Notes under the pieces: model-generated
The model's input: the letters and a program-made list of their open reading frames with translations, nothing else
Told to the model about the DNA's origin: nothing
Database searches by the model: none
Shown here: positions 29,310 to 43,335 of the stretch, piece after piece
How the letters are laid out: each line of letters starts with the position of its first letter
Position numbering within the stretch: the stretch's first letter is position 1
Assembly (NCBI GenBank): GCA_964016885.1
Contig: OZ024761.1
Coordinates: 20,336,001 to 20,400,000 of the forward strand
Reading direction: 5' to 3'
DNA from: Eledone cirrhosa
Taxonomy: Eukaryota
DNA length: 64,000 nucleotides
Program-made: the position numbers and the translations under genes

Positions 29310-29677
29310 GGGATACATGATATGAAGCTTAAAAAACACTTGTGAATAGTGAAGTTTTAAATCAACATATGAAAAATAATTTAAGATTGATGTATGAGAT
29401 TGGTGAGGGGTGGGGTAAGGAAGAGGAGGAGATGAGAGTAAAGAATGGTGGGGGGGAGGAGTATAAGAAGGAAGGATGAGAGATGGGTGATAGAGAGAGA
29501 GAGATAACCTTTACAACTGAGAAAAATATATATATATTGTCTCACAGAGAGAAGTTAAAAAGCCGTTGGAAGATAATAGATAATTTAAAAGAATTTGAAA
29601 TACAAGTTATATATATATATATCATATATATATTAATTCAAAATATTAACAAAAATAGACATTCATGTGATCAAGTA

Positions 29678-29744
29678 TATTTTATTATATATATTTCAGA
29701 GGTACTGAGCTAACTTCAACAGTACGTCTTCATCAGATAAAATA
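29678..29744 (-). ncRNA. Minimal hammerhead ribozyme motif (stem III UAUAUA)
   Basis: TATTTTAT-CTGATGA-AGAcGTACTG..CAGTACcTCT-GAAA-TATATA-TA-ATAAAATA; paralog at 51842. Confidence 0.78.
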
Positions 29745-30284
29745 AGATGATGCATGACATACCCTGACATAGTAGATGGTTAAGATTCAGTCATGGTAGT
29801 GAGTGCTTCCAATCTATTGTAAAACTCATTTTTTGATTTATTCATTGAACCTTGTTTAACCTTTAAATATATATATATATATATATATAGCGTATATATA
29901 TAATCAACGAAATTGATGAAAGAGAAGCTAGCCGTTTAAACATATTTATAAGAACCTTTTACACATATTACGCCCTCAGAGGCTTACAAGAAAATAAAGG
30001 AATTAATAAAGAACCCTGAATGGGTGTGAGTAGGATTTTAACATCGAAATTCATACCTCAGTGTGACAAAGTTAAGTGTTTATGTTTGTGAACACTTAAC
30101 TTTGTATATATGTATGTATATGTGTATGTATGTATGTATATGTGTGTTTACATGTAAACTATTTTCACTGTCATTGTATTAGTCTCACTGTCTCTATTAT
30201 CAATAGGAAACAACAGCAACAACAACACTTTGATTCAATGTATATTTATTGGTGACATTCCTTTACACATAACAGTTTCAATAT

Positions 30285-30420
30285 ATTTTACAAGTTACTA
30301 TTGATCCAGTTCCAATATATCTTACTAGTTACTATTGATCCAGTTCCAATATATCTTACAAGTTACTATTGATCCAGTTCCAATATATCTTACAAGTTAC
30401 TATTGATCCAGTTTCTGAAA
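30285..30420 (-). repeat. 34-bp tandem repeat spanning the stop codon of copy A
   Basis: Unit AACTGGATCAATAGTAACTTGTAAGATATATTGG, 4 copies here and 5 in copy B (36662-36832). Confidence 0.9.
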
Positions 30421-32958
30421 TATCCGACATCACTGAAGGCACTGATTTCTCTATCACATTGGTTTCCGAATGAGGTAACTCCTGCTAACACCATTTGACC
30501 ATTTGAACTAGGACAGTAAAGTGGACCACCAGAATCACCCTGTAACAACAACAACAAACAATATACAAATATATGTAACTGAAATCAATAGACATTATAT
30601 AAACCTTGTTATATTTAGAGATTATTTCACACAAACAAGACTATCATCTCCGCAATATAATTTTCTTGGGCTACCTTTGGTGTTACAGCCCTCACTGAGC
30701 CCCAAACGGCCCTTTATACAGAACAAACACCTTCTAACACTGCAATAGAAACCTTTTATAAACTACTATGAAACATTCTTTTGCTAATCCGGTTGGTCAA
30801 AGTCATCACCATCCCCATCATCATCAGACCTAGTCAAGTTTTCTTTTCAGTTGGAACTCCCCTCTCACTTTCACACAGAGATATCTGGGAAGTAGATATC
30901 AGATAGATATCAATATAATTATATTATTATTAGTAGCGTTATATCAATATTAACATACCTGGCAAGTTGATGCTCCACCTTGTCTGAAATCTCCGGCACA
31001 AAGAATTCCCTCAGAAATTGTCATCCTGGAACTCCTCTGACATTGACTAAGAGGGACAGCTGGAAGGGCCACCTTGTATAGTTTGTTAGGGCTGTTTCCT
31101 TGGACTGAAAATTACACAACAGAATGGTGGTTAATCAATCAATGAGAGATGTATATATAGAGATTGAGGTATTAGGAACAATTGATGATGTTTTATAGAT
31201 ACTTACAGCTGAAGTCTCCCCACCCAGCAGCCATACATCTTCTTGTACCAAATGTTTCTCCTTGTCTGGCCATTGTTGCAAATTTGACGCATCTAGCTTG
31301 ACGGACTGGTTTGTCCAGGGTCAATATGGCAATGTCGTTCTCTTTAAAGGTAAAATATAAAATATATATGTCAGGCCTACATATATGTATAAATATTTAT
31401 ATATATATAAGTAAGGCATGCTTTGTATACATGCAAATTTATATATATACACATATATATATAATAATATTGAAAAACAGGAATAACTAAGCAAGAAGAA
31501 TGTAAGAAAATATATGAAGAAATCTTAAGAGTTATACTTACTAATGACATATTTAGTATGTATGTAATTACCATGTTTCAGAATTCGGCTTACCATTCTT
31601 GATTGGGGACCAAGATCCCATTTTTGGTTGGATCCAATATTTACTTTAACTTTTCTTACATTTCCTTCCCTAAAATCAAACACAATATATTACAGTATAG
31701 ATTATATTGATCTCAATAATTGACTGGTACATTATTTTATTGATCCTGATAAGATGAAAGACAAATTTCAACAGGGAACCTAAAGAACCAGAACAAATTC
31801 CACCATAGCATTTTATCTGGCACTCTATAAATGGTAGAATATTAAGATGTGATATCTGTTACATATATATGATATACTTACAGACAATGAGCTGCTGTTA
31901 ATACATGTGTAGCATCAATCAAAGTACCTCCACACATACCAATCATGTCATCAGTAGGTTGGTTAAATACTTGGAGGTGAACAATTGATGGAAATTCACA
32001 GTTTTGAGCTGGAGAGCCATCAACAATTTGGGTGTCAGGATCTGAAAGTAATTCACAAAAGTAAAATATTGTTTATTTGTAGATAAAATATTTGTTAGTG
32101 TCTATATTCAAATGATAGCATTAGATGGGAAATAATGTTTAACCCTTTAGCATTTAAACCAGCCGTATCTGGCTAGAATTCTCTTTCTGGTCAAACCGGC
32201 TGTAACTGACCACTCATACTGATATTAAGGTATTGTTCTCAAAATAAATAATATCAAAATCTCGTAGATTCGATATTATGTGAGGTAGAGCCTTTATTAT
32301 GAAAATACAATAGTATATATAGAGTAATGTAAATGTTATGTGAGATATTATGTGAGGTAAAGCCTTTACTGTGAAAATACAATAGTATATATAGAGTAAT
32401 GTAAATGTTATGTGAGATATTATGTGAGGTAAAGCCTTTACTGTGAAAATACAATAGTATATATAGAGTAATGTAAATGTTATGTGAGATATTATGTGAG
32501 GTAAAGCCTTTACTGTGAAAATACAATAGTATATATAGAGTAATGTAAATGTTATGTGAGATATTATGTGAGGTAAAGCCTTTACTGTGAAAATACAATA
32601 GTATATATAGAGTAATGTAAATGTTATGTGAGATATTATGTGAGGTAAAGCCTTTACTGTGAAAATACAATAGTATATATAGAGTAATGTAAATGTTATG
32701 TGAGATATTATGTGAGGTAAAGCCTTTACTGTGTAAATACAATAGTATATATAGAGTAATGTAAATGGTAACGGGTTAATTGAATCTAAATTATTTGATA
32801 AAATAATTTAGATAAAATCTACTTTATATAACATCAACTGTGATATATTGTGAAGAGCTGAAGTGATACAATTATTTGTTTATCGACAGAAGACATCAAC
32901 ATCACCTACCAGCAAAAGCTGAAGCAATCGTAAGAAGAAGGCAACACAGAGACAACAT
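30390..32958 (-). CDS. Secreted S1 serine protease, copy A (255 aa, 6 exons)
   Basis: Exons 32958-32910, 32041-31882, 31669-31542, 31341-31207, 31104-30959 and 30539-30390; all GT-AG and frame-consistent (768 nt). Signal MLSLCCLLLTIASAFA, DPDTQ|IVDG, TAAHC, NDIA, STCQGDSGGP. Confidence 0.93.
32143..32775. mobile_element. piggyBac-like MITE with an internal 72-bp tandem array (intron 1 of A)
   Basis: TTAA|CCCTTTAGCATTTA ... TAAATGGTAACGGG|TTAA, about 7 internal units. Copies at 34590-34933 (about 3 units) and 49449-49804 (about 3 units). Confidence 0.75.
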
Positions 32959-32996
32959 GGTGTTAATAGATGTGAAACTGTTTGTGTAGAAACACT

Positions 32997-33033
32997 AACT
33001 GATATCAGAGCTAAGGACAGTGGGGTTTTTATA
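32997..33033 (-). promoter_or_regulatory. TATA box + Inr of copy A
   Basis: TATAAAA about 33 nt upstream of TCAGTT; conserved in all four complete 5' ends. Confidence 0.7.
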
Positions 33034-33654
33034 AGCAAGAGTTCTTAGGGAAGACATAGGTTGTGAAAGAACAGCTGAAATTTTCCCTCATTATTTTAAC
33101 AATATAAGGAATCTTGATCGATAAATGTTTCATTGTAAACTAAATTTTGTTGTCTACAAAAGATACATAATCAATATAATTTTTTCAATATGTCTTTAAA
33201 GTGTTTATCTAATTTCTATTGAATGAATTTTGCTGACTTTTTAGTGGAATTACATATTTTACATTAATGAAATTAGTGGAGTTTTTGTAAGAATTCTACA
33301 ATGAAAGCCTTCAGATATTGAATACCTCCATATCATTTCATTATGAAAGTATCTCAACAGATGAGAAAATGTTCATATGTTAACTTCAGTCACAATAACT
33401 TAATTTTCATGTGTTGCAATCTCACCAGCGATGGTTTATTAATCAATTCTCCCATACAAATTACACAAGAGTGATTTTCATGTCTGCTACTTCTTTCATC
33501 GATCTTTGTTTACTGAAGCGTTAAGTCTTAAAAGGTATACAAATACTAAATGTAAATACACACAGACACACACATATACACACATATATACATACACACA
33601 CACATATATATATATAATATACATATATATATATATACATATATATAATAAATG

Positions 33655-33685
<31 letters not shown>

Positions 33686-33727
33686 GTATATATATATGTA
33701 TATATATATATATACATATATATATAC

Positions 33728-33790
<63 letters not shown>

Positions 33791-34093
33791 TATATATATA
33801 TATGCAACATCAACAAACATGTGAATATTTTCCCATCTATAATAAATACAATAAACAATTGGATTTAACATAGAACTCTTAGAAAAACTACACACAAACG
33901 TTTTATTAATGTAAAATATGTGGTGACTCTCAAAAGATGGTCATCTTCATTCAATAGAAATTAGATCAGCACTTTAGGGGTATAATGTAGCTTACAATGA
34001 AACAATTTGCAGTACTTTTCTTATATTGTTAGAATATTAATGGATAATTTCAGCTGTTCATCTACCAAAGAGGTTTTCCAAAGTACTCTTGCC

Positions 34094-34130
34094 TATAAAA
34101 ACCCCACTGTCCTTAGCTCTGGTATCAGTT
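34094..34130 (+). promoter_or_regulatory. TATA box + Inr of copy B
   Basis: TATAAAA 34094-34100, TCAGTT 34125-34130, ATG 34169. Confidence 0.72.
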
Positions 34131-34168
34131 AGTGTTTCTACACAAACAGTTTCACATCTATTCACACC

Positions 34169-36686
34169 ATGTTGTCTCTGTGTTGCCTTCTTCTTACAAT
34201 TGCTTCAGCTTTTGCTGGTAGGTGATGTTGATGTCTTCTGTTGATAAACAAAGAATTATATATCAGAAATAGAAGCTTTCACCGTATTTTTTGACTATAG
34301 AAATTTTAACCTGATAGTGGGGTTTAGAACCCTCTAAGAAATGGAAAAAGATGAGTATTGACATTAATACTCATCTTTTTCCATTTCTTAGAGGGTTCTA
34401 AACCCCACTATCAGGTTAAAATTTCTTTAATAAAAAAAAATACAGTGAAAGCTTCTATTTCTAATTTCAAGCTCACTTGCTGTTTCAAAACAAAGAATTG
34501 TATCACTTCAGCTCTTCACAATATATCACAGTTGATGTTATATAAAGTAGATTTATAATAATTTTATCAAATAATTTAGATTAAATTAGTCCTTTACCAT
34601 TTACATTACTCTATATAAACTATTGTATTTTCACAGTAAAGGCTTTACCTCACATAATATCTCACATAACATTTACATTACTCTATATATACTATTGTAT
34701 TTACACAGTAAAGGCTTTACCTCACATAATATCTCACATAACATTTACATTACTCTATATATACTATTGTATTTTCATAATAAAGGCTTACCTCACATAA
34801 TATCGAATCTACGAGATTTTGATATTATTTATTTTGAGAACAATACCTTAATATCAGTATGAGTGGTCAGTTACAGCCGGTTTGACCAGAAAGAGAATTC
34901 TAGCCAGATATGGCTGGTTTAAATGCTAAAGGGTTAAACATTATTTCCCATCTAATGCTATCATTTGAATATAGACACTAACAAATATTTTATCTACAAA
35001 TAAACAATATTTTACTTTTGTGAATTACTTTCAGATCCTGACACCCAAATTGTTGATGGCTCTCCAGCTCAAAACTGTGAATTTCCATCAATTGTTCACC
35101 TCCAAGTATTTAACCAACCTACTGATGACATGATTGGTATGTGTGGAGGTACTTTGATTGATGCTACACATGTATTAACAGCAGCTCATTGTCTGTAAGT
35201 ATATCATATATATGTAACTGATATCACATCTTAATATTCTACCATTTATAGAGTGCCAGATAAAATGCTATGGCGGAATTTGTTCTGGTTCTTTAGGTTC
35301 CCTGTTGAAATTTGTCTTTCATCTTATCAGGATCAATAAAATAATGTACCAGTCAATTATTGAGATCAATATAATCTATACTGTAATATATTGTGTTTGA
35401 TTTTAGGGAAGGAAATGTAAGAAAAGTTAAAGTAAATATTGGATCCAACCAAAAATGGGATCTTGGTCCCCAATCAAGAATGGTAAGCCGAATTCTGAAA
35501 CATGGTAATTACATACATACTAAATATGTCATTAGTAAGTATAACTCTTAAGATTTCTTCATATATTTTCTTACATTCTTCTTGCTTAGTTATTCCTGTT
35601 TTTCAATATTATTATATATATATGTGTATATATATAAATTTGCATGTATACAAAGCATGCCTTACTTATGTATATATAAATATTTATACATATATGTAGG
35701 CCTGACATATATATTTTATATTTTACCTTTAAAGAGAACGACATTGCCATATTGACCCTGGACAAACCAGTCCGTCAAGCTAGATGCGTCAAATTTGCAA
35801 CAATGGCCAGACAAGGAGAAACATTTGGTACTAGAAGATGTATGGCTGCTGGGTGGGGAGACTTCAGCTGTAAGTATCTATAAAACATCATCAATTGTTC
35901 CTAATACCTCAATCTCTATATATACACCTCTGATTGATTGATTAACCACCATTCTGTTGTGTAATTTTCAGTCCAAGGAAACAGCCCTAACAAACTATAC
36001 AAGGTGGCCCTTCCAGCTGTCCCTCTTAGTCAATGTCAGAGGAGTTCCAGGATGACAATTTCTGAGGGAATTCTTTGTGCCGGAGATTTCAGACAAGGTG
36101 GAGCATCAACTTGCCAGGTATGTTAATATTGATATAACGCTACTAATAATAATATAATTATATTGATATCTATCTGATATCTACTTCCCAGATATCTCTG
36201 TGTGAAAGTGAGAGGGGAGTTCCAACTGAAAAGAAAACTTGACTAGGTCTGATGATGATGGGGATGGTGATGACTTTGACCAACCGGATTAGCAAAAGAA
36301 TGTTTCATAGTAGTTTATAAAAGGTTTCTATTGCAGTGTTAGAAGGTGTTTGTTCTGTATAAAGGGCCGTTTGGGGCTCAGTGAGGGCTGTAACACCAAA
36401 GGTAGCCCAAGAAAAATATATTGCGGAGATGATAGTCTTGTTTGTGTGAAATAATCTCTAAATATAACAAGGTTTATATAATGTCTATTGATTTCAGTTA
36501 CATATATTTGTATATTGTTTGTTGTTGTTGTTACAGGGTGATTCTGGTGGTCCACTTTACTGTCCTAGTTCAAATGGTCAAATGGTGTTAGCAGGAGTTA
36601 CCTCATTCGGAAACCAATGTGATAGAGAAATCAGTGCCTTCAGTGATGTCGGATATTTCAGAAACTGGATCAATAGTAACTTGTAA
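34169..36686 (+). CDS. Secreted S1 serine protease, copy B (255 aa; protein apparently identical to A)
   Basis: Exons 34169-34217, 35035-35194, 35407-35534, 35735-35869, 35972-36117 and 36537-36686. Catalytic His/Asp/Ser intact; AATAAA at 36860. Confidence 0.94.
34258..34499. mobile_element. Fold-back insertion in intron 1 of B
   Basis: Palindrome 34265-34462 with a perfect inner stem of about 60 bp. Absent from A. Flanked by a 12-bp direct repeat AAACAAAGAATT. Confidence 0.75.
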
Positions 36687-36889
36687 GATATATTGGAACT
36701 GGATCAATAGTAACTTGTAAGATATATTGGAACTGGATCAATAGTAACTAGTAAGATATATTGGAACTGGATCAATAGTAACTAGTAAGATATATTGGAA
36801 CTGGATCAATAGTCACTTGTAAGATATATTGAAACTGTTATGTGTAAAGGAATGTCGCCAATAAATATACATTGAATCGAAGTGTTGAT

Positions 36890-36920
<31 letters not shown>

Positions 36921-37112
36921 TTGAATCATTTTTATACCTCGTAAATTTTGTTATAACGGAATTTCACCACACAGCACAAATATATAAAACAAAGAATACA
37001 GGATGAACGAGGCATGAAAATGTATAATACATTACGTATCTCCGTGGCCTGGGTAATTATGTATTATCTCTGTATGTGTATGTTTATATATAAATACTAT
37101 GTATACATATAC

Positions 37113-37169
<57 letters not shown>

Positions 37170-37183
<14 letters not shown>

Positions 37184-37780
37184 GTGAGATTTTCTTTACA
37201 AAATGAAAAATAACCGAGGTGTCCTACACGAGTGAAAGTATAAAGAAAAAAGATGAAATCGAAAATGCAACTGGAGTCTTATTTTTTTTTAAATATATAT
37301 ATTTATTTGGTTCCTTTACCGGTTTCGCAGTTCTTCTGCTTTTCAAAAGTAGAGTTGAGATGGAGGGTCTGTGGTTTTTCTCACATCTGTGAGAATCGAA
37401 TTAGAGAACGACAACCTGTGATGCTCTAACATGGTTCACCAGGCACCCTTTGTTGAATCATCGTGGATTGTGTGATGGACATGTAGTCTATAGATTGCGT
37501 TTCCTGGATTCTGAGAGTTGTGGTGTGTGCGAGGACAGTGGTGCTGTTTTGCTTCTCATTTGTAATATTTTTGATATTTTTGGTGTTTCTCTACACACGG
37601 GCTTCTATATCGTACAGGTGTGTGTGAAAAATGCTTTACCAGTACAGCCCTCATGATGCTCGTGATTGCCTGCTTTGACTGCTTGTTTTACATGTAACAA
37701 TCTGCCGCACTATAATCTTGTATAAATAGGACACGCGTGCATGCCTCACGTGTGACTGTTGCATACACTGGCTACTCCAA
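37170..37780 (-). mobile_element. Degenerate Penelope-like 3' remnant with a variant hammerhead
   Basis: Broken peptide traces (CN..CP, EGCTGKAF, EKQNSTTVL), then CUUU-UGAAAA-GCAG/CUGC-GAAA-CCGG-UA-AAGG at 37313-37349. The terminal part recurs at about 59893-60092 (+). Confidence 0.45.
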
Positions 37781-38005
37781 ACTATCCTCTTGCTTTATCT
37801 TCGTAAACTGCCAATGTTTTATTTTTATTTTAATTTTAATTTTAACTTGAATTTTGTCCTTTAATATGACTGTAATTTTGTATGTAAATTGCCATGCTAT
37901 ATTATTATAATGGATGTCAACCCACTGTGAGTCAATATATACATATGTTTCTATATGTCTCTTGTGTTGAAAAGGAAGTCAAGTATGTAAAAAATCACTG
38001 AATAA

Positions 38006-38054
38006 TTGCTCCGAAGACTCCAAACCTCGGTTTGGAAGAAACAATTGTAAGCAA
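38006..38054 (+). ncRNA. Hammerhead variant (CCGAAGA core, palindromic CAAUUG stem III)
   Basis: TTGCT-CCGAAGA-cTCCAAACC tc GGTTTGGAa-GAAA-CAATTG-TA-AGCAA. Confidence 0.65.
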
Positions 38055-39142
38055 ATAAATGATTTAAACAGAACTTTGATTCATGTACTTTCTATATAAC
38101 TGCTCTGTAAAACAACTGATGTTGTTACATTTAGCTATTTATCTTACTAGTAATAAGATAGTAATAAATTACTGTCTTTCACTATTTAGGGTTTAAAATA
38201 TATATAACTATAAAAGTTTTAGTATATACATAACCATAAATAGTATCCTTAATACTATACATATATATATATATTTATTAAAATAAAAATAACAGATTAA
38301 AGTTTAAGCAAAGAATCACTGCTCTCAAACTGATTTTGGCTCAGTTTCTACAGATGGATGCCCTTCCTGACGCCAATCACATTTACAGTGTGTGCTGGGT
38401 GCTTTTTGCCATGTCGCCTACACAACCACTTTACAGTGTGATTATATGAGAAGATATACATGGTTGTATATGGCTGTGTATAAGTAGATACCTGCGTATA
38501 TATATGTAACTATATGTCTCTCTGCCCTATGTATTTATGTATGTATCTCTGTGTGTGTATGCCTGTGCTTATGTAAATCTGTAGACACACACATGTGATT
38601 GAATATATCTGTGTGGATATATGTAGCTACTTCTGTGTGCATGTATGTATGAGTGTATATATGTATGACTGTATGAATGAATATACATATGTTTGATATG
38701 TGTGTATGTATGTGTGTATATATATGTATGATGGTATGTATGAATGAATGTATACGTTTGATGTGTGTGTACATATAAACACATTTGTATACTTTACGAG
38801 AGTCCATGTATATATATATATTTACATATATATATATATTTACATATATATATATATTTACATATACATATATATTTACATATATATATATATATATATT
38901 TACATATACATATATATTTACATATATATATATATTTACATATATATATATATTTACATATATATATATATTTACATATATATATATACATATATATATA
39001 TTTACATATATATATATTTACATATATATATATATTTACATATGTAGGAGGTGAGTTTTATTGTAGCAGAATAAAGCAATATTATGTTGATTTAAAACTT
39101 CACTATTCACAAGTGTTTTTTAACCTTCATATCATGTATCCC

Positions 39143-39213
39143 TATTTTATCTGATGAAAACGCAGATGTCATCTCATGATGATATTTGTTTTTGAAATGC
39201 GCATAATAAAATA
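39143..39213 (+). ncRNA. Minimal hammerhead ribozyme motif (stem III UGCGCA)
   Basis: TATTTTAT-CTGATGA-AAAcGCAGATGTCATC..GATGATATTTGTTTTT-GAAA-TGCGCA-TA-ATAAAATA. Confidence 0.8.
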
Positions 39214-40053
39214 CTTGGAACTCTTTTAACCATCTTTTGATCTTATATTATATATTTACATATATATATATATTTACATTTACATATATATTTACATATA
39301 TATATATATTTACATATATATATATTTCCAATACAATATGTTGAAAAGGTAACACACTAGAGATATACAGTGCGCTATCAATAAAACAGGGAAAAAACCA
39401 CCAGTGTATGGAATCTATAATCTATGAAAGGCAGACTATAGACACGATAATTAAAAATATAAATTAAAGCGTAAATAAATACCTCTATAACTATATAACA
39501 CGTACAAATCCAAAGAGATCTGTTTCGTCAGTCATTTGTTGACAGAAATGGAATAACCTCGGTTCCTCAGCATGTGTAAGGCTATACATTTCAGACAACA
39601 CTAAGAGAATTTTAAAAATGACTGTCCAGCTACACGTGGGAGAGAGAAGTCACAGCGTGTTTAAGGGCAGTGAACCGGTGGCCTCTGAGGGACGGGCTGC
39701 TAGAAAGGGCAGCCCAAAACCACTCAGAGAAGTGTGCTCAACCAAACAGAGACAGAAAAGACTGTTATAAGGAGCGAAATATCACGATAAATTAACGGAG
39801 CCATAGAGCCTCGCCATTGCCTGTAAATAATGTGCTCAAAGGAGAAGAAATCCTGAGCTCTTTAAAATACAATATATAAATATATTTACATATAATATTA
39901 AGGATACTATTTATGGTTATGTATATACTAAAACTTTTTATAGTTATATATATTTTAAACCCTAAACAGTGAAGGTCAGTAATTTATTACTACCTTATTA
40001 CCAGTAAGATAAATAGCTCAATGTAATAACATTAGTTGTTCTACAGAGCAGTT

Positions 40054-40653
40054 ATATAGAATTCACAAGAATGAAAGCTATGTTCAAAGCATTTATTCAC
40101 TTACACTTGTTTCATCCAAACCTAGGCTTGGAGTCTTCGGAGCATTTTTCAATGTTTGTACACATAATTGACCTCCTTTCCAACGCAAGAGACATACGGA
40201 TACATATGTATATATTGATGTACAGTGGAGTGACATATATTATATTATATTATTTCTGTATAGTAATTTAAATTCAAAATCAAAATCACATTAAAACAAA
40301 GCAAAATTAAAATATAAAATCAAAGTTAAAATAGAAAATATCCACTTGCATTATCTATGTTAACTGCCGATTGTATTTTAACTTTGATTTTATATTTTAA
40401 TTTTGCTTTGTTTTAATGTGATTTTGATTTTGAATTTAAATTACTATACAGAAATAATATAATATAATATATGTCACTCCACTGTACATCAATATATACA
40501 TATGTATCTGTATGTCTCTTGCGTTGGAAAGGAGGTCAATTATGTGTACAAACATTGAAAAATGCTCCGAAGACTCCAAGCTTAGGTTTGGATGAAACAA
40601 TTGTAAGTGAATAAATGCTTTGAACATAGCTTTCATTCTTGTGAATTCTATAT
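40054..40653. repeat. About 280-bp-arm inverted repeat, each arm carrying a CCGAAGA hammerhead variant (pseudo-LTR-like)
   Basis: Arms 40054-40331 and 40376-40653; motifs at 40098-40144 (-) and 40563-40609 (+). Diverged paralog at 37830-38290. Confidence 0.85.
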
Positions 40654-40894
40654 TTACATATATATATATTTACATATATATATATTTACATATATATATA
40701 TATTTATATATATATATATATTTACATATATATATATATGTGTGCCTGTGTATGTGTGTGTTTATATGTGTATGTGTTTATGTATTTATGCAAGTGTGTG
40801 TATGTTTATATGTGTATGTCACAGACACAATATCCATATACAGATCCTGTGTCAAACAATACAGGAGTGAATGTGACATGTTGTCGTTCTAGTG

Positions 40895-41190
40895 ACACTC
40901 CATCAGTTACAGCGGTGACTATTCCAGTTGATACAATAAACAGAACAGCCTGGTCATGAAATTAACCTGCAAGTGGCTGAGCATTCCACAAACACGTGTA
41001 CCCTTAACAAAGTTCTCAGGGAGATTCTGTGTGACACAGAATGTGACAAAGGTGTCCCTTTATTATTGCCAGCTGAGTGGACTGGAGAAACGTAAGATAA
41101 AGTGTCTTGCTCAAGGACAGTGCACTCCTGGGAATTAAACTCATGACCTTATGATCGTGAGCTGAATACCCTAACCACAAAACCATGATT
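40895..41190 (-). mobile_element. tRNA-derived SINE, family 2
   Basis: Shares the TAAAGTGTCTTGCTCAAGG block and tRNA-like head with the 56560 copy. Confidence 0.7.
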
Positions 41191-42216
41191 TGAAATAAAA
41201 GAAACAACAAAACATATAATGGGCCTATAAGGTTATAACGAGAAGGTTGAACAGCTGGCTACTCTGTGTCAAATACTGGCGGCCCTCAAGAGGTTAATAA
41301 GGTTATATCGAGAAGATTGAACACCTGGCAACCCTGTGTCACATACTGGCAGGCCGCAAGAGATGAATAAGTTTATATCTAGGCGCCACAGAAAAAAAGC
41401 CCCCAGCACTCACTATAAATGAGGTTGGTGTCAGGAAGGGCATCCAGCTGTAGAAATCAAGCCAGAATCAGTTCCTGTATGAGCAAGACAAGGTCAGATG
41501 ACTGGACACTGCCCACAACAGGACAACCCGTCTAACCCATGCGAGCGTGGAAGAATGGGCGTAAAACGGTGATGATGGTCAAGAAGGTTGAACACCTGGC
41601 TACTGTGTGTCAAATACTTGTGGGCCTCAAAGGACACTTGTGACAACCACAAGACTAAAGTTGATGTCTTTACACGAAATAACAATAACCACAATTTCAA
41701 TAATTTATTTGATAGATTTATTAGTTTCTTAATACATCATAGATGATATTTTGTTAATATTTCTACATAAACAGAAAATGTTCAATAAAGTTCTTCTTAC
41801 AAGTGACTATAGATCCAATTTCTGAAATATCCAACATCAGTAAAGGCACTGATTTCCTTGGCACATTGGTTTCCGAATGAGGTTACTCCAGCTAACACCA
41901 TTTGACCATTTGAACTAGGACAGTAAAGTGGACCACCAGAATCACCCTGTAACAACAACAACAAACAATATACAACTATATGTAACTGAAATCAATAGAC
42001 ATTATATAAACCTTGTTATATTTAGAGACTATATCACATAAACAAGACAGTCATTCTATATCTATAAGACAGAAGGAATTTTTTTGTAAATTTAAATAAT
42101 TGTTTTTACAGAGAATTTGCTGACACTATGTATATTTTATATTAATGCCCCAACATGGCCTCAATCAGTCTGCAGGAACACGTGATAGGATAATAGAGAA
42201 ATAGTTATTTATTATT

Positions 42217-43335
42217 TCGTTTCTGAATTTGTTTAGCAAGATTCTTTATCTGAAATCGTGTGTTGAAACCGATATTGTTATACTTTGGGAGGGTCATGTT
42301 GCCAATAAGAAACACATGCACCAGTTGCTTTCACTTCAATTTATTATATATTTATAAATTTATAAATTTACAAATTTACAAACTTATAAATTTCTGGTTG
42401 GTTGGTTGGTTCCACAACCAGATAGTTGTTTATATATAGTCATAGTCCTTTCGTCACACACTCTGTGACCTCTTCAGTGACTGGGGATTCCTTTCTTTGT
42501 TTCTGTGCCTTTCCTTTCTTCTATCCTACGCCATTTTGTTTCTGTGTGTGTGTTGTGTGCTCAGTTTGCGCATGCGCCACATCCGGGTGTCTGTGTGTGT
42601 TTGTGTTCATTTATCTATTTGTTTATTTATTTATTTATTTATTTATTGTTGGTTGGTTGTTTGTTCTATGTGTGTGTGTGTTTTCATTTTGTCCTGTGTG
42701 TGCTTTCATTTTGTCCTTAATTGTAAGTTGTTTGTTTTATGTGTGTGTGTGTTTTCATTTTGTCCTGTGTGTGTTTTCATTCTGTCCTTAATTGTAAGTT
42801 GTGATGTTGCTGTTCCACTCATATTTTCTATTTAATTTTGGTTGTAATTCTTTTATGCTTACTGCCTCTGTAATTTGCCTAAACATTGCATCTTTTCTGT
42901 GTGTGGATTCTATTTTTATTTCTATGTTCTCTAATCTACCCCTGTGTTCTATCTTGGCATGTTGGTAGAGCACAGATGATTCTTTATTATCTTGGAGGTC
43001 TCGCCAGTGTTCATTTATTCGTTCCCCTATACTACGAGCTGTCTCACCTATGTACACTATATTTTTGTTTCTACATTGTCCTTCAGTACATCTTATGCTA
43101 TACACTACATTTCTAGTTTTACAGTTAATATGGGGGCTTATTTTACAGGTTATACATTTCTTATCTATACATGAGGGTCTTTGAAAAGGGGTATGTCTTG
43201 CTAATAAGTGTTTTTACGGAGGTACCTGGTCTTTCTACTATCTTAATATTGAGTTTATGTTTATTTAGGGCCCTTCTAAATGTGTAGGCTAGTTCGCCTC
43301 TAGGGGTTGTATTTATTATTCGCCTCTAGGGGTTG
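42217..43335 (-). mobile_element. 5'-truncated Penelope-like element (GIY-YIG) in intron 5 of copy C
   Basis: ORF 43105-42788 reads VYSIRC..VYIGETARSIGERINEH..EAVSIKELQPKLN. 11-bp TSD TATTTATTATT at 42206-42216 and 43336-43346. Empty site in copy D. Confidence 0.9.
42438..42482 (-). ncRNA. Hammerhead ribozyme in the Penelope 3' region
   Basis: AGTCA-CTGAAGA-gGTCAC..GTGAC-GAAA-GGAC-TA-TGACT, on the same strand as the GIY-YIG ORF. Confidence 0.8.

Noticed and set aside
32254-32742. 162-aa repeat ORF (HSKGFTSHNISHNIYITLYILLYF)n
   Set aside because: Translation of a 72-bp array inside an intronic MITE.
30209-36910. A/B palindrome as a pure sequencing fold-back artefact
   Set aside because: The arms differ by SNPs, a 242-bp insertion, array copy numbers and promoter sequence. 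Misjoined haplotypes still need read-level exclusion.
39515-39580. CTGAGGA...GAAACAGATC hammerhead candidate (minus strand)
   Set aside because: Stem I and the cleavage triplet do not pair; at best a decayed copy.
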